The notes: a model not told the origin generated them from the sequence alone. A stretch of 64,000 nucleotides of DNA from Candidatus Binatia bacterium (GCA_963664015.2 CAXXLF010000002.1:2144001-2208000), one strand, 5' to 3'. Positions 9,039 through 19,266 are shown, counted from the stretch's first letter. Numbers and translations: made by a program.

Positions 9039-9551
9039 TTACAGGATGATGGAGATGTCTTGGGATGCTAGAACCGCTTGATCGAGCCAGAGATCGCGAC
9101 GAGCGAGCTTCCATGCTCCGTTCACCCGCCGTATGATATCCCGTCGTTCGCCGGAAAAAAGATCGTAATGGACCGACTCCCCACGATACCGGTACACTAG
9201 TAGATTGGATTTAACCTCGACTGTATCCGGATTCCCGCCCGCCACTATTCGGATGTTGGATACAAAATGCCTGGTGCGGGAGGGAGGATCTTCGGCTACG
9301 ACTCCTGGCATCCTTAAACGCCTTATTCGCATATCGAGGGACTTCCAATTCTCGCTTAGCCATGCTCCATCTCTGAGAATCTCCGAGTCTCCGTTTTTCT
9401 TTCCCGTGTCTCTGATCGGCACTTGATAGACGACGTCCTCGGTGAGTTGCTCTAGCCACTCCTCGAACCCTCGGTCGTCCAGTAACTCCGCCTCGTGCAT
9501 GAGAAACTCGACCACTTGGCGATGGGTATGATCATTGACCGTGTGTGCCAT
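9039..9551 (-). CDS. aromatic ring-hydroxylating dioxygenase beta subunit
   Basis: FLMHEAELLD..EWL, AEDPPSRTRHFVSN, RRDI..WKLARR. Confidence 0.92.
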   Translation of the reverse strand: MAHTVNDHTHRQVVEFLMHEAELLDDRGFEEWLEQLTEDVVYQVPIRDTGKKNGDSEILRDGAWLSENWKSLDMRIRRLRMPGVVAEDPPSRTRHFVSNIRIVAGGNPDTVEVKSNLLVYRYRGESVHYDLFSGERRDIIRRVNGAWKLARRDLWLDQAVLASQDISIIL

Positions 9552-9595
9552 AGGTAAAACTGCTCTAGATCCATAGGCAAGGAAGCCCTGATCCT

Positions 9596-10927
9596 CTATT
9601 GTCCTCCGATCAGGTTCTGTAGCCAGTTCCGATAGAAGGACCTAAGGTTAGATTCCAGAAAACGCGTTTTATTGGTATAGACTTTGCCCGGACCGGGAAA
9701 GCTCGTGTCGAGTTCGGAGTTGTTCATCCCCATTGATATATTCTGGAGCAACTTGCGGCTCACTGGTCCCTTGGCCGTTTGTGAGGCACCCGACCATACC
9801 ACAACGTCGTCCTGCTCGAAGACACCGCTGGGACCGAAACCCCGTAGATAAGCCTTATACGCCTTCTCCTTGAACTCCTGAGAGGTATCTTTCTCTACCA
9901 GGCACCAGGACCAAATCTCGGTTTGGTCCACCGAAATGGGGTTCCAGAGCCTGAGGGAAAGGTAGCCTACCGATGACGCCCCCGGCTCATCGGCAAAGGC
10001 AAGATCCATGAAGGCCAGGTTGGGAAGGATGTTTCCTCCGAGGCTGGTGGCCCTATTGAGCACTTCCTGTTGACCAGGGAGAAGATTACGTTTGAGCGAG
10101 GCAGTAACAGAATCCGGATAACCTCTCACCCACAGGACGGGATGGCCGGCTTCGACACCCCGGATCCAGATTCCATGGCCGTTTTCCAGAGAGATGTTGG
10201 CAACCCACGGGGGGCCATCGGTGATTGGCCAGGTGCCAAGCTTCAAGGCGCTAATATGGGTAAAGGGAAAATGTGCGGTATCGCCTACAAACTGATCGGC
10301 GGGCAGCTTCCAATTAGTCGGGATCACCCAGCGATGGGGAGGTCCCAAAGTTTGTAGTCCCTCATCACTCCGTTTCGTTAAAATGTCCAGATACCATTTC
10401 GTTTCACCTAGAAAGTCTTCCAAGGAGGGGGAATCTGCATTAAAGGTAGCGAAAATCAAGCCGTTATAGTGTTCTACTTTCGCGGCCTGTATGAGGCTCC
10501 ATTGGTCGGGGCTCAGCTTTCCCCCGTAGGCCTCAATTCCCGGGACCCCGATCAACGCCCCCGTGTTGTCGTAGCACCAGCCATGGTAAGAACACTCAAA
10601 GTTTTTCGTGTTTCCTTGCCCACTGCGGCAAACGATATTGCCCCGATGGCGGCAAGTGTTTATCAAGACGCGTATCTTATCGTCATGTCCCCGGACCAGG
10701 AGTACGGATTCCGAGGCCATGCTGCGAGCTACGTAATCGCCTGGTTTGGGTACCTCCGATTCATGTCCTACAAACAACCAGGTCCGGATAAAGAGTCGAT
10801 CCAGTTCCAGCTCGAAAATTGCCTGGTTGCTGAAAACCTCTGACGGCAGTAGTCCGGCGTCGATGTTTTTTGCAATTTCTTCCAGGTTTGGCTCAAGGTT
10901 GCAAGCTTGGGGTTCGGCTTTGTTCAT
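9596..10927 (-). CDS. aromatic ring-hydroxylating dioxygenase alpha subunit (biphenyl/naphthalene/phenylpropionate-type family)
   Basis: CRHRG..CSYHGW Rieske motif; NWK..GDTAHFPFTH; FEQDD iron ligand. Confidence 0.92.
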   Translation of the reverse strand: MNKAEPQACNLEPNLEEIAKNIDAGLLPSEVFSNQAIFELELDRLFIRTWLFVGHESEVPKPGDYVARSMASESVLLVRGHDDKIRVLINTCRHRGNIVCRSGQGNTKNFECSYHGWCYDNTGALIGVPGIEAYGGKLSPDQWSLIQAAKVEHYNGLIFATFNADSPSLEDFLGETKWYLDILTKRSDEGLQTLGPPHRWVIPTNWKLPADQFVGDTAHFPFTHISALKLGTWPITDGPPWVANISLENGHGIWIRGVEAGHPVLWVRGYPDSVTASLKRNLLPGQQEVLNRATSLGGNILPNLAFMDLAFADEPGASSVGYLSLRLWNPISVDQTEIWSWCLVEKDTSQEFKEKAYKAYLRGFGPSGVFEQDDVVVWSGASQTAKGPVSRKLLQNISMGMNNSELDTSFPGPGKVYTNKTRFLESNLRSFYRNWLQNLIGGQ

Positions 10928-11005
10928 GTGAGACGAATCGGTGGATTAAGACCTTGTCGGAATTCTTATCCGAGCCGGAGAGCTTGGTGTGTGTCTAACT
11001 CAAGG

Positions 11006-11034
11006 CCTATATCAATGAGAAAAGGGGGTGTCAA
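11006..11034 (-). promoter_or_regulatory. sigma70-like promoter for the dioxygenase alpha/beta genes
   Basis: TTGACA-N17-TATAGG with extended -10 TG. Confidence 0.4.
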
Positions 11035-11063
11035 CTCGAAATCGAACGGGGCGATCTGGCTGG

Positions 11064-12320
11064 CTAGACGGGGCTTCCCGAGGGGGCCTGTCCGGACCCA
11101 TGGCGGCGTCTGTTTTTGGATCGTTGTGGTCGGTTTGGCCTTTGCCCATCGGGACATGCGGGGGGTGTGTGTCGAGCGGTCTTAACCGGCGATGGAGAAT
11201 CGCCAGAGGCGCGGGGGACAGGCTTACCCAAGAGTTTCTCAATCGCTCGAATTTGATTCCTGTCGTCGTTCGTCACGAAGCTCGTGGCGCAACCCACTGC
11301 CTTCATTCGAGCAGTGCGCCCGATGCGGTGCACATAGTCCTCCGGGCATTGAGGGAGATCGAAGTTGATCACGTGGCCGATATTGGCCACATCGATACCG
11401 CGGGCCGCAATGTCGGTTGCTACCAGTATCCGGTAGCGCCCGCGCCGGAAGCCTTCCAGGGCTTTTCGCCGCTTGGGGAGTGAAAAGCTACCGTGAAGTA
11501 CTGCTACGCTGAAACCACTGCGCTCCAGGGCTTCTCCCAGTCGGTCCGCCCGATGTTTGGTTCGGGTAAAGACCAGGGCTGATACGTCTTCTTCTTTTAG
11601 CACTGACAGCAGGAGAGACGTTTTATTCGCTTGTGTCGTGTGACGCAGCATTTGAGTTACACCGGCCACCGTGGTAGCCGGCTTGGCTACGGTGGCACGT
11701 ACGGGGTCCTTCAGGGACAGACGGGCGAGTTCTCCTAAGTCCGCAGGCAAGGTTGCAGAAAAGAGAAGGGTTTGACGTTCCTCGGGCAAGGCATTGAGGA
11801 TTTCATTGAGCTGGGGTGCAAAACCCATATCGAGCATCCGGTCCGCTTCGTCCAGCACCACGATCTCGAACCGGGCCAGATCGATGGTCCCTTGCCACAT
11901 ATGGTCCAACAATCGCCCCGGTGTTGCCACGACAATTTGAGGGTGCTGACCCAACCCACGGACCTGGGCTTTCATGTCATCGCCGCCCACAATTGTTGTG
12001 GCAAAGACTTTACGGGAATGGCCGAGTTGATCCACCGTACCTTGGGTCTGGAATGCCAACTCCCGGGTGGGGGCTAGGATTAACCCGATGGGGGGGCCTT
12101 TGGGCCTTTCGGCAAGGCGCTCAATCATGGGAATGACAAAGGCCGCTGTCTTACCCGTACCGGTCTGGGCGCAGCCCAGGACATCGCGACCTTGAAGGCC
12201 TAGGGGTAATGCCTTGGCTTGTATGGGTGTCGGCTCAGTAAAACCCGCTCGGGCGATATCACGCAACAGGGGGGCGGATAAGCCGAAGGAGTCGAATCGT
12301 GAAATTTCGTCTTTGGACAT
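11064..12320 (-). CDS. DEAD-box RNA helicase (RhlE-like)
   Basis: Q motif, AQTGTGKT, PTRELA, TPGRL, DEAD, SAT, HRIGRTAR. Confidence 0.95.
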   Translation of the reverse strand: MSKDEISRFDSFGLSAPLLRDIARAGFTEPTPIQAKALPLGLQGRDVLGCAQTGTGKTAAFVIPMIERLAERPKGPPIGLILAPTRELAFQTQGTVDQLGHSRKVFATTIVGGDDMKAQVRGLGQHPQIVVATPGRLLDHMWQGTIDLARFEIVVLDEADRMLDMGFAPQLNEILNALPEERQTLLFSATLPADLGELARLSLKDPVRATVAKPATTVAGVTQMLRHTTQANKTSLLLSVLKEEDVSALVFTRTKHRADRLGEALERSGFSVAVLHGSFSLPKRRKALEGFRRGRYRILVATDIAARGIDVANIGHVINFDLPQCPEDYVHRIGRTARMKAVGCATSFVTNDDRNQIRAIEKLLGKPVPRASGDSPSPVKTARHTPPACPDGQRPNRPQRSKNRRRHGSGQAPSGSPV

Positions 12321-12479
12321 AGAAAGGTTCCTTAATTTGAGAGGATCAGTTGAACGCGTAGTCAGAAAAACGTGGGAAACAGAGGGGTGGAGTCAGTTCC
12401 AAAGAAAATCTGATCGCGAGGTCATCGTCGGGTTGGAGCAGGACTCATATAAATTATGGCCCTCCAAACCTTTACAAAT

Positions 12480-12507
12480 AGATTACAGGAAACTCCCCGA
12501 TTGTCAA
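12480..12507 (-). promoter_or_regulatory. putative promoter of the DEAD-box helicase, giving a ~150-nt leader
   Basis: TTGACA(12507-12502)-N16-TAATCT. Confidence 0.35.
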
Positions 12508-12551
12508 TGGAAGGGGGTTGGGACGGCCGTAGGGCCTCAAGATTCAAGCCA

Positions 12552-13571
12552 TTACACCGAGGTTTTAGATTTTAAGTCGGGCATGACATGGCGGGTAAAA
12601 AGTTCGACTGAGCGCAGAGCCTCACTTCGGGAGAGATCTCCAAAGGCGAATTGCCCTACCAGATAGTTTGCCTCCGATTCCGTAAGCTGGGATCCCAATG
12701 AGTCGCTGACATGGTTTGGAGTGCCCGCAATGCCGAGTCCGCCCTCCACGAGCGCGTCGAAATCCGGTGGACGCGGGTGCGTCGGGTGATCACCACGGGC
12801 TTTGTATAAATGGTTGAAACTCTGGTGCCATTTTAGGTACGCACGGCGCGCCAATTGAAGCGCCTCGGAATCGCTTTCGGCAATGACGATGAAACGGCTA
12901 AGCCCGATCATCGGCATCTCGCTGCTCCTCCTGCCGCTTTCCCGCCAGACGGCCCGATAGCGGTCGGCGAAGGTCCGTGTCTCTTGGGCGGGGTCCAGGC
13001 TCACGATGTGGAGACCCTTGCGAGCAGCACGCTCCGCGCTCTCGGGAGAGTGAACACCGTACCAGATTGGGGGATGGGGTTTTTGCAGCGGTTCGAGCTC
13101 CATCGGGACATTTTTAAAGGAGAAAAACTCGCCCTCGAAATCGAGCGTCTTGCAGGTGAGACCGCGTAGGATCAGCTCCAGTGCTTCAGTGTAGATTCGC
13201 TGGGCCTCGGCGGGTTCCCCTCCGTAGAGCCCCAGTTCAATGGGTGAAGCGCCCCTGCCAAACCCGATCTCGAGTCGTCCGCCGCTCATCTGATCCAGCA
13301 TGCAAATTTCCTCGATCAGCCGAACTGGATGATAAAGTGGCAGCGCATAGACCAATGGACCGAACCGCAATCGCCGCGAGCGTTGGGCAACAGCGGCAAG
13401 AAACACGCTTGGCGAAGGCGCCATTCCCAGCGGGGTCGAGTGGTGCTCGGCAAGATGATAGGCATAAAAGCCCGCGTTATCGTACGCTTCGATCAGATCG
13501 AGACGGGCGTCGTAATAATCCTTCAATGGCAGATCGCTTCGGTCCAGGTGGTCGAATCCGCCGAATTCCAT
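12552..13571 (-). CDS. luciferase-like (LLM) flavin-dependent monooxygenase
   Basis: AEHHSTP..PSP, LDQMSGGRLEIGFGRG, PLQKPHPPIW. Confidence 0.92.
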   Translation of the reverse strand: MEFGGFDHLDRSDLPLKDYYDARLDLIEAYDNAGFYAYHLAEHHSTPLGMAPSPSVFLAAVAQRSRRLRFGPLVYALPLYHPVRLIEEICMLDQMSGGRLEIGFGRGASPIELGLYGGEPAEAQRIYTEALELILRGLTCKTLDFEGEFFSFKNVPMELEPLQKPHPPIWYGVHSPESAERAARKGLHIVSLDPAQETRTFADRYRAVWRESGRRSSEMPMIGLSRFIVIAESDSEALQLARRAYLKWHQSFNHLYKARGDHPTHPRPPDFDALVEGGLGIAGTPNHVSDSLGSQLTESEANYLVGQFAFGDLSRSEALRSVELFTRHVMPDLKSKTSV

Positions 13572-13622
13572 ACCTTGAGTTTTCCGCCTTACTGATTCGT
13601 CTTTTACCTTTTAACTTGGCCC

Positions 13623-14564
13623 TTACACACCGGGGAGGGCCGCCGCCTCGGGCGAAAAGAAGCTCTGAAAATCGATCTGGGTAGGGGACAGTCCCTGCTC
13701 GTAAGCAAATTGGGTCATGGCCTCCAGCGCACGCCGGTTGTTTTCCATACTGTAGGCCCAGTAGTCCTCTCCCATGAGAACACGCTGCTCGTCAACTGCC
13801 GCGCTTGCCCAGGAGATTACCAGGACCTGCGGGTCCGCTCCCTGGAGCCGATTGAAGGCTTCGTCGCGGGCTCGGCGAAAGGCCTCGAGGAGAGCTACCG
13901 GCGCTGTGGGGTGCCGTCCGACAAATTCCTGACTAAGCGTCACCACGTGGCTGATGGGGAAGATCCCTGTCCTTTTAAAATAGGTTTGCTCCTCCGTCTT
14001 GTAGTCACGGAACAAACGGCGCACCCGTGGGTCCCGTCTTGAAATCGAAGGGGGAACGTTGGGGTCGATAACCGCGTCCAACGAGCCTTCTAACAACAAC
14101 GAGTCCAGGTCGTTCTGTCGGTCAAGCGGCTCGACACGAATCCCTACTGGTAGACTCGTTACATCAGGGCGGAGCGTGACCCAGCGGATTCGGGTCAGGT
14201 CCACACCGTAGTAATGCTGGAGAGCCCCCCGCGCCCAGACACCGGCGGTGTTCACCCAGAAAGGAATCCCCACCCGTTTGCCCTCAAGGTCTCTGGGGGA
14301 TTCGATTCCGGCTGCACTGTTGACGTAAATGTACGAAAGACGAAACTTGCGGTTGGGAAATGCAGGGATGGAGACGTATGAGCGGCCTTCGGCTTTGCTA
14401 CGCACCAGTGCCGCGAAGCCAAAATCCCATGCGTCGGCGTCGCCTTCTCCTGCTTCAATGACTTCCAGGTTGAAGCCTTCAACCTTAACGGTCCCGTCAG
14501 TCAAGGGCCGGTTGGTGTCTACGGTGGGTTCTCGAAAGCAAAAACGAAGCTTCGGATTGTTCAT
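13623..14564 (-). CDS. 4,5-dihydroxyphthalate decarboxylase-like (PhnD/SsuA fold) protein
   Basis: Start MNNPKL; PLTDGTV, PAFPNRKFR, DLEGKRVG, TAGVWARG, TGIFPISH, YWAYS..NRRAL. Confidence 0.8.
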   Translation of the reverse strand: MNNPKLRFCFREPTVDTNRPLTDGTVKVEGFNLEVIEAGEGDADAWDFGFAALVRSKAEGRSYVSIPAFPNRKFRLSYIYVNSAAGIESPRDLEGKRVGIPFWVNTAGVWARGALQHYYGVDLTRIRWVTLRPDVTSLPVGIRVEPLDRQNDLDSLLLEGSLDAVIDPNVPPSISRRDPRVRRLFRDYKTEEQTYFKRTGIFPISHVVTLSQEFVGRHPTAPVALLEAFRRARDEAFNRLQGADPQVLVISWASAAVDEQRVLMGEDYWAYSMENNRRALEAMTQFAYEQGLSPTQIDFQSFFSPEAAALPGV

Positions 14565-14614
14565 GTTGCTTTCCCTTTCTCCCTGGTGGCGCCCCTGGAG
14601 TGACGAGGGCACGG

Positions 14615-15049
14615 TTACCCTTTTGTCTCCAGTAACTGACAAAACTCGATCAATACGCCGTCGGGATCTCGGGCGTAAAAGTTCCGGCTTCTTGGCGACA
14701 ACTGGACGATGTCGGAAATGACCTGGCCTTCGCTCGACCGTTGGACCTCGCGGTATTTGGTGTCGGCATCGGGCACGTTAAAGGCTAAATGGGGGCATCC
14801 GACCCGGTTGTGTTGGAGGTCGAGTGGGGTGCCACCGCCCCCCACGTATTCGATGAGCTGAAGAGTGAAGCTGTCGGAGGTCAGGTACATGAATTTGATA
14901 TGTGCATCGGGGTTTTTTGTGTACTCGCCATAGGCTTTGCTCTTGAGCTCCAATGGCTCTCCTTCCTCCATGCCGATGACATCGCGGTAAAAGGCGACGG
15001 ACCGTCCCAAGTTCTTTACCGTGAGTCCAACGTGAAATAGTTCCGCCAT
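14615..15049 (-). CDS. VOC/glyoxalase family protein
   Basis: MAELFHVGLTV, LQLIEY, HLAF, RDPDGVLIEF. Confidence 0.88.
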   Translation of the reverse strand: MAELFHVGLTVKNLGRSVAFYRDVIGMEEGEPLELKSKAYGEYTKNPDAHIKFMYLTSDSFTLQLIEYVGGGGTPLDLQHNRVGCPHLAFNVPDADTKYREVQRSSEGQVISDIVQLSPRSRNFYARDPDGVLIEFCQLLETKG

Positions 15050-15231
15050 GGTTCCCTCTTCAGTCTGCCTATTCGGGTCTCTCAATGACCGGCTCTCACC
15101 TAATGCCTGCAAAGCAGATTTGCTCGGGCTTGTCAATTTCCGGCGAAGACCGTTTGACAGCCTGTGCACCGAGGTGGGGAAATTTCATTATCCCCTCATG
15201 GGAAAAAAAAGTGAAAAGACTAGTTTAGCGT

Positions 15232-15570
15232 ATGCCCGTTATTAAGACTATCGTCAAATTGACCGCTAAGGGATTACTCCTGTGGGGCCTCTGTGTCTTT
15301 GCTTACCAAGCCTACGTCTGGATCAGATTGGGGCGGTGGATCGACCTGGACGTTCTCTGGATGGTTCACCGGTTTTTCTCTTTCGACGAGGGGCTTGACC
15401 TGCATGGGCTCTCGCTTTGGGTGCTCGACTTCCTCCCACTTTCTTTGTCTCTGATAGTTCTCGGTGTTTTTCTTCTTGCATCCGTCTACCGTGGGGAAAA
15501 AGATCGGAGTCGGGTTATCGATGACGTTGAAAAGAAAATGAGGGCCAGACAGTACCGGGACAGGCTCTGA
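15232..15570 (+). CDS. small hypothetical membrane protein (2 TM)
   Basis: 112 aa; two hydrophobic segments and a charged tail. Confidence 0.6.
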   Translation: MPVIKTIVKLTAKGLLLWGLCVFAYQAYVWIRLGRWIDLDVLWMVHRFFSFDEGLDLHGLSLWVLDFLPLSLSLIVLGVFLLASVYRGEKDRSRVIDDVEKKMRARQYRDRL

Positions 15571-15778
15571 GGGGCTCAATGGGTTGGTAAGCCTCAAAAT
15601 TCTCAAAATATGATCTCGACTGCCGTTGCCATCGAGGGACGGGCGGTGCTTCTCCAAAGTTCGGTGTTCTTTACTCACTCTAGATCTGGACCCCCTTGCA
15701 TCTCCCTGATAAAGGGTAGGAGGCTTCGATTCCTCCCGAGTTATAGGAATACACTGGAAGCCGTAAAGGAGGATCCAC

Positions 15779-16498
15779 ATGCGCTATGAACTGTACTACT
15801 GGCCCGGTATTCAGGGCCGCGGCGAGTTTGTCCGACTAACACTGGAAGACGCGGGTGCGGACTACGTGGACGTCGCTCGCAACGGCAAAGAGGGGACTGC
15901 GGCCTTGAGACATTTTATGGAAAGCCGTTTGGAATCCCGTCCGCCCTTCGCACCGCCATTCTTGAAGGCCGGTAAGTTGGTTATTGGTCAGACTATGAAC
16001 ATCCTGCTCTTTCTCGGGCCGCGTCTTGGTCTCGTGCCAAAAAGCGAGGCGGGGCAGCTCTGGGCTCACCAGTTGCAGCTCACCGTTGCCGATTGGGTGC
16101 TAGAGGTTCATAACGCCCATCACCCGATTGCCGGTGGGCTTTACTATGAAGAGCAGAAGGCTGAGGCAGAGCGCCGCAGCAAGATTTTTAGAAACGAGAG
16201 GCTACCGAAGTACCTGGATTACTTCGAAGGTCTGCTTAATCGCAGCATCAAGGGAAACCCCTTTCTTCTGGGCAAGACGGTCTCCCACGTCGACCTGTCG
16301 ATCTACCAGATGATTGCAGGGCTTCGCTATGGCTTCCCAAATCTGATGGCACGTCTGGAACCCGAGTACCCCGGATTGACGGGACTCCACGACCACATTG
16401 GGGTTCGCCCCCGGCTGGCAGCGTACCTATCCTCGGAACGACGCTTGCCCTTCAACCAAAACGGCCTGTTCCGATATTACCCCGAGCTCGACGAATAA
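15779..16498 (+). CDS. glutathione S-transferase
   Basis: YELYYWPGIQGRGEFVRL, PPFAPPFL, IGQT; RBS AAGGAGG. Confidence 0.93.
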   Translation: MRYELYYWPGIQGRGEFVRLTLEDAGADYVDVARNGKEGTAALRHFMESRLESRPPFAPPFLKAGKLVIGQTMNILLFLGPRLGLVPKSEAGQLWAHQLQLTVADWVLEVHNAHHPIAGGLYYEEQKAEAERRSKIFRNERLPKYLDYFEGLLNRSIKGNPFLLGKTVSHVDLSIYQMIAGLRYGFPNLMARLEPEYPGLTGLHDHIGVRPRLAAYLSSERRLPFNQNGLFRYYPELDE

Positions 16499-16510
16499 AG
16501 ATTCCTGATT

Positions 16511-17572
16511 TTACTTCAGGTAGCCCTTCTCGCGATAGAAGCGCAGTGCACCCGGGTGAAAAGGCACGTCGCACGCCGTTTCTTCGCCATCGACACAGAG
16601 CTGAGCCATGTCCAACGGCGTGTAGTTATCCGAGGGAATGGCATCCTGACGAGCTTCAATGACTTCGCAAAAGGCATAGGCCACGTCGTCGGCCATGTCC
16701 GCATGGACCACCATGGGCCACCCGCTGAAATCCAGTGTCTGCACCTCTTCCGGGATGCCGGGAAAACGGGATTGGGACATGGGGACTATACGATAGCCCA
16801 TCTCTACCATCCGTGTCTTGATCTCTCCTTCGATTGGCAGATAGCGGAACCCGTGCTCAATGGCTGCCTGCCCCCAACTTAGAATGCCTTCATCAAAAAC
16901 CGCATTGATCCGACCCTCTTCAATGGCCGCACGCCGGTCCGGATGGCTGGGTCTCATCACGGATTGGATCTTCCCGCCCCACTTTCGAATGTCTGCCAGG
17001 GTCAACCCTGCGGCCTGTAGGACCGTGGTCACAGTAAACATGGTGGTGTCTTGCACGAATGGAGGTCTAAGCCTGCGGCCGGTCGACAGATTAAAGCCTA
17101 TGCGTTTCTCTTTAATCTGGTCCAGCGAGGTGATCCCGGTGGACTCGTGAACCGCAAAACCCACCACGTCGTGGGAAGGAAAAACGGCTATAACCCGCAA
17201 CGGAAGGGGTTGAGAGAAAGGTCCGGTTCCCTTGAGTGCCATCATCGCAGCCACCGATGGGTTCATCCACAGCAGGGAGAGCTTGTGCTGGGCGACTGCC
17301 TTGAGTTCCTGAAACCCGCCAACGGCAATGGAGAGATCAACGCCGTTAGTCTGGCGCATGGTTGCTCCGGTCAGCGAGAGCTTGATATGGGAGCCGACGC
17401 GCGAATCCCTTTGTACGGCCCCTTGGGCTCCCCGTGTAGTTTCGTAGGAAAGCGAACTGTCATAAAGGGCGGCGGCCATCTCCAAGAGCCCCTTGGACCG
17501 TTGGACCCCCGCGTTGTATCTGCGTCTTTCACTAGCCACAGGTCTACCTCCTAAAATTTCCAGAACCTTCAA
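16511..17572 (-). CDS. TAXI-family TRAP solute-binding-like protein
   Basis: GITSLDQIK, VHADMADDVAY, VPFHPGALRFYREKG; start uncertain. Confidence 0.75.
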   Translation of the reverse strand: MKVLEILGGRPVASERRRYNAGVQRSKGLLEMAAALYDSSLSYETTRGAQGAVQRDSRVGSHIKLSLTGATMRQTNGVDLSIAVGGFQELKAVAQHKLSLLWMNPSVAAMMALKGTGPFSQPLPLRVIAVFPSHDVVGFAVHESTGITSLDQIKEKRIGFNLSTGRRLRPPFVQDTTMFTVTTVLQAAGLTLADIRKWGGKIQSVMRPSHPDRRAAIEEGRINAVFDEGILSWGQAAIEHGFRYLPIEGEIKTRMVEMGYRIVPMSQSRFPGIPEEVQTLDFSGWPMVVHADMADDVAYAFCEVIEARQDAIPSDNYTPLDMAQLCVDGEETACDVPFHPGALRFYREKGYLK

Positions 17573-17676
17573 TAGGCTTAATTAAAATTTCCCTGGGCAT
17601 CGTATGCGCTGCAAAAAAGAAAGTCAATTCTTTCAGCACGGGCAAAGTGTGTTGACGGCGCACATCGCTGTCAGTC

Positions 17677-17919
17677 TGGTTGTTTGTTGATTACATCACC
17701 TTTCCACAAGGCCAATTCGAGTACACCGAGCACGTGAGCGCCCACTTTCCACTGAGCATGAAGGGCAAGGTCGGAAAGCAAACCAGTTGGCTATAAAAAC
17801 AAGGGGCGAGCTCTACAAATGCAGACATCCCGCCACCGGATCAGGTATCCAAGATCTTTATCGAGGATGTGCTGAAAAAATCCGAAAAATTCTATTTCAA
17901 GATCTTAGGCATCAAGTAG
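17677..17919 (+). pseudogene. C-terminal remnant of a probable extracellular solute-binding protein
   Basis: Hand translation WLFVDYITFPQGQFEYTEH...WL*KQG...FYFKILGIK*; resembles the 'A.LFVD...PEGQ' SBP motif; no start. Confidence 0.45.
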
Positions 17920-18015
17920 GGCATCGAGAACTTCTATTGTCTTGTAATGGTGAGGGGGCAAGTCCTTTTCGGACAATGGCTTGCCCTCAACCCGCCACTC
18001 CACTGGCCTAACAAG

Positions 18016-19266
18016 TTACGGGGTCGCAGCAGGAACCGGTTCCTCCCTCAACCGATCCTGAACCTGTGTTCCAAGAATGATTGCCGTGCCCAATGCCATC
18101 GTGCCGAGAAATCCAAACGCCGCCCAATAACCCAGGCCCGCCGAGAGGACCGCGAACGCCGAGGTGCTGACCGGGGACCCGAAGTTTCCGATCGTGTGCC
18201 ACACTCCAAAAAATTTCCCCCGGGCCTTCTTCGGTGCAATGTCGGATCCCAGGGTCTGCATGTTGCCGCCAGTAATTCCGTTGCTGGTGTACACGCAGAT
18301 GTACGCTACGACGAATATGTTAAAGGGCATCTGGACAGAGTCGCCGATGGCAATGCCGATGAGGGCCAGGGTGAGCAGCGAAAAGCCTGGTATCAGGGTG
18401 GCCTTCCGGCCGAAGCGGTCCATGATGTAACCGGCACAGATGGTGATGGGGATGCCAATGGCAGTGACGGTCGTGGCGAGAAGGCCGATGGACTGGGGCG
18501 ATAAATCGTAGACATATGCCCCATAGAGGTTGAGCTGGCCGGAGAAGATCGGTCCCCGTGTCAGTCCCGCGAAGACCTGGGCGACAAAAAAGATAACCAC
18601 CTGGTAGGTGAGCAACGCCTTGAATCCCGACTCCCCGTTCTCTTGAACATTGCTTTGGTCAGGGTCTGGATGCTTGGTTAAATGGGGGGCCGTTTCCTTT
18701 ACCAGCTTGAAGCTCGGGATAATTGCGAGGAGGGAAATTACCGCGTGGGCGATGAAAGGCGCGCGCAAACTCCAGTATCCAGCGAGGAGGCCTCCCAGGG
18801 CCGGGGAGAAGAGCCGGCCGCTGTTCTGCATAGCCGCCATCGTTGTGATCTGGCGCCCGCGCTCCCGGTCTGCCCCCGTATCGGCGATCATGGCCAAACG
18901 GCTCAGGTGCCACATCTGCTGGCCAACCCCGCCGATGAACCTGTAGACGAGCACCTCTTTAAACGAGCCCGCCATGGTAACCAGGACCGAAGAGATCGCG
19001 AGGATGATGGGGCCTGTGAGCAGCACCTTCCGGCGCCCGAGGCGGTCCATGAGCAGGCCGATGGGTAAGCTGGATAGGCTAACCCCCAGTTGATAGACGA
19101 TGATGACCAGGGAAGCGACTTCGAAAGATACGCCGAAGGATTTGGCGTACACAGGAAGCGCCGGGACAATTATCCCGGTGCCTACGGCAAGCGTCATTGC
19201 CGGTATATAGATGGATAGAAAATTCTGTCGTGAGTATATACTGCTCCTGCGTTCCGCATCGCTCAC
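18016..19266 (-). CDS. MFS transporter
   Basis: About 12 TM; GLLMDRLGRRK and GYIMDRFGRK motif A. Confidence 0.93.
   Translation of the reverse strand: MSDAERRSSIYSRQNFLSIYIPAMTLAVGTGIIVPALPVYAKSFGVSFEVASLVIIVYQLGVSLSSLPIGLLMDRLGRRKVLLTGPIILAISSVLVTMAGSFKEVLVYRFIGGVGQQMWHLSRLAMIADTGADRERGRQITTMAAMQNSGRLFSPALGGLLAGYWSLRAPFIAHAVISLLAIIPSFKLVKETAPHLTKHPDPDQSNVQENGESGFKALLTYQVVIFFVAQVFAGLTRGPIFSGQLNLYGAYVYDLSPQSIGLLATTVTAIGIPITICAGYIMDRFGRKATLIPGFSLLTLALIGIAIGDSVQMPFNIFVVAYICVYTSNGITGGNMQTLGSDIAPKKARGKFFGVWHTIGNFGSPVSTSAFAVLSAGLGYWAAFGFLGTMALGTAIILGTQVQDRLREEPVPAATP

Noticed and set aside
15703-15740. tRNA-like arms (CCCTGATAAAGGG; GGAGGCTTCGATTCCTCC)
   Set aside because: No acceptor stem or D-arm and wrong loop sizes; no integrase nearby to suggest an att remnant.
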